This document shows positions 57,728-64,000 of a stretch of DNA of 64,000 bases, piece after piece. This stretch comes from Nitrospirota bacterium. Lineage in GTDB: Bacteria; Nitrospirota; UBA9217. Below the pieces are notes generated by a model, which saw only the letters and a program-made list of their open reading frames with translations, made no database searches and was not told the DNA's origin. The number at the start of each line of letters is the position of its first letter. Position 1 is the stretch's first letter. The DNA lies in NCBI GenBank assembly GCA_963826885.1, contig CAWGYL010000009.1, positions 172,176 to 236,175 on the forward strand, written 5' to 3'. The position numbers were made by a program, and so were the translations under genes.

Positions 57728-58604
57728 TCTCTCCGCCCTGTGGGGCATCCGCCGTGTCTGCAGTTATCGACGAGCCGTATCGGTAATAGTACGAATTGCG
57801 GCCCTTCGCAGAATAGTTAGACACATCGTTGAATACTGTGCCCAGAATGGTGTGGTCCTTTAAGAGCGAGAGCGCCTGTGTCGCGGTCTTCGGGTCGGTG
57901 ACCCCGGCCCGGGTGACAAAAATCACCCCATCGACATAATCGCAGAGTGATATGCTGTCTGCCGTCATAAGGAGCGGCGAAGAATCGATGATGATGTACC
58001 GGTCCCGGTAGCGATCCTTGAGTTCCAGGATCATGTCCCTCATCCGTTCCGATGCAATGAGTTCCGCCGGGTTCTCCGGCGGGTTCCCTGCCGGCAGGAG
58101 AACAAGTTTGCCGATTCCGGTCTTGACCAGGACATCGGGCAGCTGCGCCTGGGACAGCAGGTACTCGCTGAGACCGCGCTGCGGCTGCAATCCGAGATAG
58201 GTGTGGACGGACGGTTTTCTCAGATCGGCATCGACGAGAAGCACGGTATGGTCAAGTTCAAACGCAATGGCGACTGCCAGGTTGATGCCGGTTATGGTCT
58301 TTCCCTCACCATCCAGGGCACTCGTCACCATGATCGTATTCTGGAAGTCCTTTTCCGTCGCCCGCAAGACTCGCGCGCGAAGTTTCCGGTATTCCTCGGC
58401 GGCGTTTGAATAGGGGTCCGTTATCGTGACGACATGCGAATTCACCGCGTCTCTGTTTACCCCTCCTTCACTGACCTCGAAGACCGACGGATCGCAAGAG
58501 GCGTATGATGTGGACCGTGAGGGCATTACGGAAGAGCGGTCATTTTCCGCGTTGCCTGCCCGTGTCTTTGTCGCCCGTTCCAGTGCTCGTGTTATCCTGC
58601 TCAT
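57702..58604 (-). CDS. Tyrosine autokinase (Wzc C-terminal/CpsD-like), XrtA-associated
   Basis: AEEYRKLR, Walker A GEGKT, LVDADLRKP, IIDSSP, C-terminal Tyr cluster SYYYRY. Confidence 0.93.
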   Translation of the reverse strand: MSRITRALERATKTRAGNAENDRSSVMPSRSTSYASCDPSVFEVSEGGVNRDAVNSHVVTITDPYSNAAEEYRKLRARVLRATEKDFQNTIMVTSALDGEGKTITGINLAVAIAFELDHTVLLVDADLRKPSVHTYLGLQPQRGLSEYLLSQAQLPDVLVKTGIGKLVLLPAGNPPENPAELIASERMRDMILELKDRYRDRYIIIDSSPLLMTADSISLCDYVDGVIFVTRAGVTDPKTATQALSLLKDHTILGTVFNDVSNYSAKGRNSYYYRYGSSITADTADAPQGGENDGTAQNT

Positions 58605-58616
58605 TTCGTTCCCTCG

Positions 58617-60182
58617 CTAAAAATGCATGATGGTAATTCCCGCATACCGGTACAGCAGTTCTCCCATGAACACAATTCCTATGAGGCCGAGATATGCGGC
58701 CGCGGCTGTGTATATTTTCTTGTCGAGTTTCGCCTCGGCTTGGACATCCGCTTCAGTGACGATGCTCGGTATCGTTGCCAGGACGGGAAGGTGCAGCACA
58801 TCTCGAACGGCGTCTTCGTCCTTGAACGAGGGATCGAGGAAGTCGAGGCCTATTGCCGATCCCACGCCTGCGGCGATTCCGAGCATGATGCCGATAAGAA
58901 TCAGCTTGATCCTGTCCGGGATGACGGGAAAAAGAGGCATGGTCGGCGGATCAACCACGTGAAACCCCGGGGTTTTGTTCGTACTCTCCAGATCCTTTGA
59001 AACCCGTGCGCTTTCCCGTTTTTGTAAGAGTTCATCGTAGACCTTCTGATAGGCGCTCCGATCCCGCTGCAGCTTCGACCAGTCCTCCTGCACCTTCGGC
59101 ACCTGCCCCAGTATCGCACGCTCCTCGCCTTGCTGATCCGTCAACTCGTTCAACCGTGCCTTAAGAGATTCGATTTCCGTGTCCGTCTTCGCTAATTCCT
59201 CTTTTATCTGTCGATAGATGGGGTTGAGCGTTTTCGTTTCGGTCCCTGCGCTGTCGTCCGCCGCGTTATCACGATTGGTTTTCGTTGGTTGCGATAGTTG
59301 CTTCTGAAGCTCCTCTATTTCGCTCCTCACCCTGATCACTTCGGGGTAATCTTCCGTATATTTGGTCAACAGTAGCGTGAGCTGGTTATGGAGGTCATTC
59401 AGCCGGTTCACCTGGGAGCCGTCGCTCGATAGGTATGCCGTAGTCAGTTCTTTTTCGCCGGAAAGCTGTTTTTGAAGGTTTTCCTTTTTTCTCTGAAGCT
59501 GTTTCAACTGGATCGTAGTGTTTATTTGATCGGTCTGGTAGTTTCCTATTCGCGTCGCCATCATGTTTTCATTCTGCGGGATCAATTCCGGGCGCTTTTC
59601 CTGAAATTCTCGGATTGCCTTATCCGAAGCATCAAGCTTTTTTTTATACACAGACAATTGATCGTCTATGAAATCGTACGTGCCGATTACTTCCGACCGT
59701 TGAAGTCCGGCACGTTCATCGATAAATTCTTTCTCAAGCGTCTCGACGAAATTCATGGCAATCTTCGGATCTCTTCCGCGATACGCAATGGTGAATAAAT
59801 CCGGATCCGGCCGCGGTCCAAATCCTCCGGTGGTTATTTTGATGTTTGTTTGAATTCTCTCTATCGACTCGTTGAGTCCGAGTTTTTTAACGACCCGTTC
59901 GATAAGGCTCCTGCTCACAAAGATATTTTGGACCTGCAGCAAGCGCTCTTCATCTTGTTGCCTATCATGCCAAGACGTATCACCTGGTACCAATGGGTTG
60001 ACGAGCGCGCTCTTGTCCATCATCACTGTGGAGCTTGCCTCATAGGTCTTTGGCCATATAAAGCTCCCCCACGTAAGCAGAGATAGAACTCCAAGGGCGA
60101 CCGAAAGAACCAGATATCTCCTCTTTCGGATGATCCTGACGTATACTCTAATATCAAAAGTAGGCGAATTTTCTTCTTGCAA
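58617..60182 (-). CDS. Polysaccharide chain-length determinant (Wzc N-terminal/GumC-like)
   Basis: Two TM helices flanking a long coiled coil; YTEDYPEV; VVDPPTMP. Confidence 0.9.
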   Translation of the reverse strand: MQEENSPTFDIRVYVRIIRKRRYLVLSVALGVLSLLTWGSFIWPKTYEASSTVMMDKSALVNPLVPGDTSWHDRQQDEERLLQVQNIFVSRSLIERVVKKLGLNESIERIQTNIKITTGGFGPRPDPDLFTIAYRGRDPKIAMNFVETLEKEFIDERAGLQRSEVIGTYDFIDDQLSVYKKKLDASDKAIREFQEKRPELIPQNENMMATRIGNYQTDQINTTIQLKQLQRKKENLQKQLSGEKELTTAYLSSDGSQVNRLNDLHNQLTLLLTKYTEDYPEVIRVRSEIEELQKQLSQPTKTNRDNAADDSAGTETKTLNPIYRQIKEELAKTDTEIESLKARLNELTDQQGEERAILGQVPKVQEDWSKLQRDRSAYQKVYDELLQKRESARVSKDLESTNKTPGFHVVDPPTMPLFPVIPDRIKLILIGIMLGIAAGVGSAIGLDFLDPSFKDEDAVRDVLHLPVLATIPSIVTEADVQAEAKLDKKIYTAAAAYLGLIGIVFMGELLYRYAGITIMHF

Positions 60183-60193
60183 GTCATGCCTCC

Positions 60194-61042
60194 CTAGAAG
60201 ATGCTGCTCTTCACGGTAACGATATCGCCGGGTTTCAGATAGACGTTTTTCTTGAGATTCCCGTTCATGACATCCTTCAATTTAACCTCGATGTTCGACA
60301 CCGCGTTCCCTTCCCTTCTCACGATCAGCACGTCATTCTTGCTGGCAAAGTCCGTAAATCCCCCGGCGCTTAACACGGCATCTAGTGCGGTTATACCTTC
60401 AAAGAACGGAATGAGGCTCGGCGTCTTCACCTCACCGATGACCCGGATGCGGCTGCTGAGGCCGCCCGGCAGGTAAATGAGATCGTTCGATTCGAGCTCG
60501 ACGTCAAGCGAAACATTTCCCTTCGCCACCAATTGCTCAAAATCGACTTTCAGCTTGCTTCCGTTTCTCATCAGATAGGCATCGGCAAAATTGACATCGC
60601 TCAGGGAGCCAAACTGCGTAAGAAGCTGTAACAATGTCGTGTGTCTGTGTAACGTTATCTGGCCAGATTGGCCCGGTGCGGTCTGCCCGCCTGGAGCAGG
60701 CTGCGCCCGAGAAATGCCGTCTCCAAAAACATAGACCTTGAAGCTGTTGATCGCCGTGACTATGACGCTGACGACCGGCGCCTTAACAAACCGGGTGAGA
60801 TCTTTTTCCAGGGTCTTCTTGAGCTCCTGAGGAGTAAGTCCGGACGCTTTTACATCTCCCACGAGCGGGACGGAGATCATCCCGTCGGGACGCACCGGAA
60901 CAGTCACGCTCAGCTCGGAATTTCCCCAGACGGATATCTGGAGCATATCCTCGTCTCCGATTACATATTCTTCGGCGTATGCAGAGCCGAATACGGCGAA
61001 CAGGATGACAGGAATGATGAATAGATACATGGTCTTTTTCAT
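60194..61042 (-). CDS. wza: Polysaccharide export protein (Wza-like, SLBB domains)
   Basis: YVIGDEDML, VRPDGMISVPLVG, AGGFTDFA, LKPGDIV. ATG 61042. Confidence 0.9.
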   Translation of the reverse strand: MKKTMYLFIIPVILFAVFGSAYAEEYVIGDEDMLQISVWGNSELSVTVPVRPDGMISVPLVGDVKASGLTPQELKKTLEKDLTRFVKAPVVSVIVTAINSFKVYVFGDGISRAQPAPGGQTAPGQSGQITLHRHTTLLQLLTQFGSLSDVNFADAYLMRNGSKLKVDFEQLVAKGNVSLDVELESNDLIYLPGGLSSRIRVIGEVKTPSLIPFFEGITALDAVLSAGGFTDFASKNDVLIVRREGNAVSNIEVKLKDVMNGNLKKNVYLKPGDIVTVKSSIF

Positions 61043-61297
61043 GTCTTCGCCTTTCGCAACCCTTTTCTTCTGCCTAAGCAAGCTTTTGAATGCCGTAGTA
61101 ACCCGGCTCGAAACATCGATACGTCGGCCTTCGCAGGGCTGACAAATATCGGAAGACCCCTTACAATGCTCCGCCCTCTCAGTTACATACCATTAACTGA
61201 CAAGGGCTCTTCTTTATTCTCATGCGCAGCATCTCCCACGGCACAACCACCGACGCCCGCACATGTGCGATATCCGATCTGCGTCTATGGCCGCTGT

Positions 61298-61879
61298 TCA
61301 GACGGCATTTACATCATGCGGTGCGACTTTCACCGCAACGCTTCTTCCGAGGATCTCGACATTTACGACAAATACAAACTCATCTATCTTTCTGATCAAA
61401 ACGCCTACTGCGTTTATTAGTGGTCCCTTGGTGATGCGGACTCTCGTTCCTTCTTTCAACCCGGGGTAGATGTCTATGTCCCTACCGCTCCCGATCAAGA
61501 CCCTCAGGGAGTCAATCTCACCGGAATCAACCTGCGTGGACGACCCCGGTTCAAGAGTGACGAAACCCGCAATGCCCCGCGTTTTGAGAACATCAACGAA
61601 GGCCCCGGGATAAACAGGCACCCGGACAAAGGCATATCCCGGAAAAAGCGGAAACTCAATGAGTTTTTTTCTGTCTTTCCATTGCCTTAGCTTCTTGACG
61701 GACGGCACAAAGACCTCAATCCCCTTCCGCACGAGTTCTCCGGCGGCAACAAATTCATGCCTCGATTTTACATGGACAGCGTACCAGTTCAGCACTCTGT
61801 CCATCGCCGGCCCATAGTCTTGGTCGGCCGCATGGGCTGTGGGATGAACTGCAGGCTCGATCACGTCATACTCCCTCAT
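61298..61879 (-). CDS. NusG-paralog transcription antiterminator (UpxY/RfaH-like)
   Basis: WYAVHVKSRHE, RQWKDRKK..FPLFPGY, KOW motif GTRVRITKGPL. ATG 61879 preferred. Confidence 0.92.
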   Translation of the reverse strand: MREYDVIEPAVHPTAHAADQDYGPAMDRVLNWYAVHVKSRHEFVAAGELVRKGIEVFVPSVKKLRQWKDRKKLIEFPLFPGYAFVRVPVYPGAFVDVLKTRGIAGFVTLEPGSSTQVDSGEIDSLRVLIGSGRDIDIYPGLKEGTRVRITKGPLINAVGVLIRKIDEFVFVVNVEILGRSVAVKVAPHDVNAV

Positions 61880-61961
61880 CGTCGTAATACTGCCTTCGTT
61901 CCGTCTTCGTTGCTCCCTCTGCCGCCAACGGGTCGCTACCGGTTTTGCCCGGTCACCCTGT

Positions 61962-62861
61962 TCATTGCTTGAATTCCTGTATTCCCAGTGCATTCAAGAG
62001 AGCCGTATGATTGACGTTCGTCTTCGACGCCGTACCATTTCCGCCCCAATAAAGCTTCTCAAAATCGAGGTCATTCGCAATTTCGTTCACCATTGCGGAG
62101 TCCACGCCCTTCGTCTCTTCATTAAATGCCGCAAGCAGCAGGAAATCGCACAGGATATTAATCAGCCTCGGTATTCCTTTACAGTATTTATGGATCGCCT
62201 CAATGCTGCCATTTACAAAGGCGACCGCATCTCTGTCGCCGGCGATCTCCAGCCGATGCTGGATGTAGTTGAGGGTGTCGTCCCTATCGAGAGGCTCGAT
62301 GCTGCAGCTGATGCCGATCCGCTGTCGAAGCTGTCTCAACCCCGGAGCAGCGAGGATCTCTCGCAGTTCAGGCTGCCCGACAAGGACTATCTGAAGAAGC
62401 TTCGACGTATTGGTTTCCAGATTCGACAGCATCCGGATCTCTTCCAGAAGGTCGGCCTTGAGGTTTTGAGCTTCATCAATGATGAGCACCGAGTTGCGCC
62501 GCCGTGAATGCTGCTCGATCAAGAATGCGTTAAGGTCCTTCAACAGCATAATTTTGTCCTTACCCTTGACATCGAGACCGAAATCGTCGTTGATCATAGC
62601 CAAAAGCTGTTCCGAGCTTACCTTCGTATTAAATACCTTGGCGAGCGTCACATTCTGCGCGAGCTGCCTCGTCAGATCGCTGATGAGTGTGGTCTTGCCC
62701 GACCCGACTTCTCCGGTCAGCAGTATGAACCCCGTACGCTCTTGTATCCCGTATTGGAGATAATGAATCGCTTTTTTATGCGTTTTACTTAAGTAAAGGA
62801 ACGCAGGGTTTGGAACTAGCTCAAATGGCTTTAATTTCAAATGAAAAAATGCTTCATACAT
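61962..62861 (-). CDS. XrtA/PEP-CTERM system-associated ExeA-like AAA ATPase
   Basis: MYEAFFHL..KPF, LTGEVGSGKTT, IIDEAQNL, LVGQPEL, GIPRLIN. Confidence 0.93.
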   Translation of the reverse strand: MYEAFFHLKLKPFELVPNPAFLYLSKTHKKAIHYLQYGIQERTGFILLTGEVGSGKTTLISDLTRQLAQNVTLAKVFNTKVSSEQLLAMINDDFGLDVKGKDKIMLLKDLNAFLIEQHSRRRNSVLIIDEAQNLKADLLEEIRMLSNLETNTSKLLQIVLVGQPELREILAAPGLRQLRQRIGISCSIEPLDRDDTLNYIQHRLEIAGDRDAVAFVNGSIEAIHKYCKGIPRLINILCDFLLLAAFNEETKGVDSAMVNEIANDLDFEKLYWGGNGTASKTNVNHTALLNALGIQEFKQ

Positions 62862-62972
62862 GTTGTATTCCTTTTATCCTATTTTCATATCCGAGCCAAT
62901 TGTAAGCTGGGGATATAATGTTTATTTTTTTCCGTTCTTATAATCTTTGATCTATCGGTAAATTGACGCAAA

Positions 62973-63350
62973 TCACAATAGCAAGCTCTGTTCGGATTTA
63001 TTCATCGTTTCACTCACCAAGGTTCTGAACTTTTGATAATCGAGAGGTTTAAGCAAACAGTGGGAAAGTGACTTATCAAAATGATCAAGTGTCGCCATCA
63101 ATTCCAGGCTCATATGATCTGACAAAATAATCATGGGAATTTTCCATTTTTTCAACTTCTCAAGCATAGCCACACCGTAGGGATAACTGGTAATTACCAG
63201 CCCAATGTCACTAAAATCAACCCATGAGTCAAATTGATGAATATCGGGCATTATATTTGTTCCGAATCCCTCGTTTTCCAGTATTGCGGAACAGATTCTT
63301 GAGAAGCCTGCTTCGTCGATAATAAGTATTTTTTTCTTATATGGCCCCAT
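62973..63350 (-). CDS. Atypical single-domain receiver protein (phospho-acceptor Asp absent)
   Basis: KILIIDE, LVITSYPYG at the Asp position, PMIILS, LLKPLD. Confidence 0.75.
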   Translation of the reverse strand: MGPYKKKILIIDEAGFSRICSAILENEGFGTNIMPDIHQFDSWVDFSDIGLVITSYPYGVAMLEKLKKWKIPMIILSDHMSLELMATLDHFDKSLSHCLLKPLDYQKFRTLVSETMNKSEQSLLL

Positions 63351-63363
63351 AACTATTTAAATA

Positions 63364-63379
63364 TGCAATGATTATGCCT
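63364..63379 (-). promoter_or_regulatory. Candidate sigma-54 (-24/-12) promoter
   Basis: Minus strand AGGCATAATCATTGCA: GG-N10-GC with GGCA and TTGCA; only about 14 bp upstream of ATG 63350. Confidence 0.45.
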
Positions 63380-63671
63380 TTTGTAAATCGTCTTATTTTC
63401 TTGAAAGAACGACTATAAAATAAAAATTAACAAAAGATGTGTTTCTGATGGACACACATATTCAGGGAAACTAAAAATTCATACTGTGTCTATTGGAAAC
63501 AGTATGTCTAACTAATTATAAATATTATGCTTCCTGTCTATTTTGTGTATCTAATAGAATCAACTTATGTAGTAGTTGTCTCTAAGGGTCGGTTGGATTT
63601 TTCTTTAACATGTTGATTTATTTGAAATCCTTCTTTAAAAAGTAAAATATTAGTTAAAGACAGAATGCGGC

Positions 63672-64000
63672 TCACATACGATTGAGATGTTCGGCCAGGC
63701 CCTGGATTATTGCTTTTTGATCGAATTTGTCCAAACCGTCCTCCGAATCATTGTGCATCAGAAGGTCCTTGTTGTTCATTGATCGATAAATAAACTCTTT
63801 GATCCCTTTCACATCGGAGGGATGAATGACAGATCCTGCGCCGCTTGATCGTATCAAATCCGACGTTGCCCCATCCTCAGCCAGGGTCAATATTTGTGTT
63901 CCACAACCCATATAATCAAAGACCTTGGCCGGTATCTGGAACGATTGATTGGGCGCCAGCAGCAAAGCTACGTGGCTTTGTTTGATGATTGCCAGTGCCT
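63672..64000 (-). CDS. Glycosyltransferase family 4, 3' part (runs off the window); paralog of 38669-40063
   Basis: IIKQSHVALLLAPNQSFQIPAKVFDYMG versus IIKQSHVALLFAPGQPFQIPAKVFDYMG. Confidence 0.85.
   Translation of the reverse strand, partial: ALAIIKQSHVALLLAPNQSFQIPAKVFDYMGCGTQILTLAEDGATSDLIRSSGAGSVIHPSDVKGIKEFIYRSMNNKDLLMHNDSEDGLDKFDQKAIIQGLAEHLNRM

Noticed and set aside
1-64000. CRISPR arrays, tRNA and rRNA genes
   Set aside because: None seen. The repeats at 251-346 have short irregular spacers (7-33 bp) and do not form a CRISPR array.

Overview
Most of the window (about 9.4-64 kb, almost all on the minus strand) is one large Wzx/Wzy-dependent exopolysaccharide locus of the exosortase-A (PEP-CTERM)-associated type. 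Nitrospirota or a delta-proteobacterium-like host is plausible from gene content, but this is inference. The core comprises an ExeA-like ATPase, a NusG/UpxY-type antiterminator, Wza, a split Wzc, an outer-membrane barrel, a priming sugar transferase, a deacetylase and FemAB. Downstream lie many glycosyltransferases, two flippases, a Wzy/ligase and an unusually large set of modifying enzymes. The left 9 kb holds an MFS transporter, a phosphodiester-glycosidase-like protein, a histidine kinase / sigma54 activator / GAF-kinase cluster and a Crp-family regulator. Main findings: (1) a comA - ATP-grasp - comB - ATP-grasp - methyltransferase cassette inside the EPS operon, suggesting sulfolactate (sulfonate) decoration of a polysaccharide; (2) two secreted lyase-like proteins ending in an orphan FN3 'PxxPTxL' strand, and an FN3 lipoprotein that appears to lack that strand, both preceded by CRP-type boxes; (3) a Tn7/Tn5053-like transposon end at 251-355; (4) a frameshifted PEP-CTERM relic with no exosortase in the window; (5) two histidine kinases with complementary defects; (6) several duplications and pseudogenes plus IS3 and IS630 relics that the ORF track misses. 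All family assignments come from motifs recognised by eye; no database searches were run.
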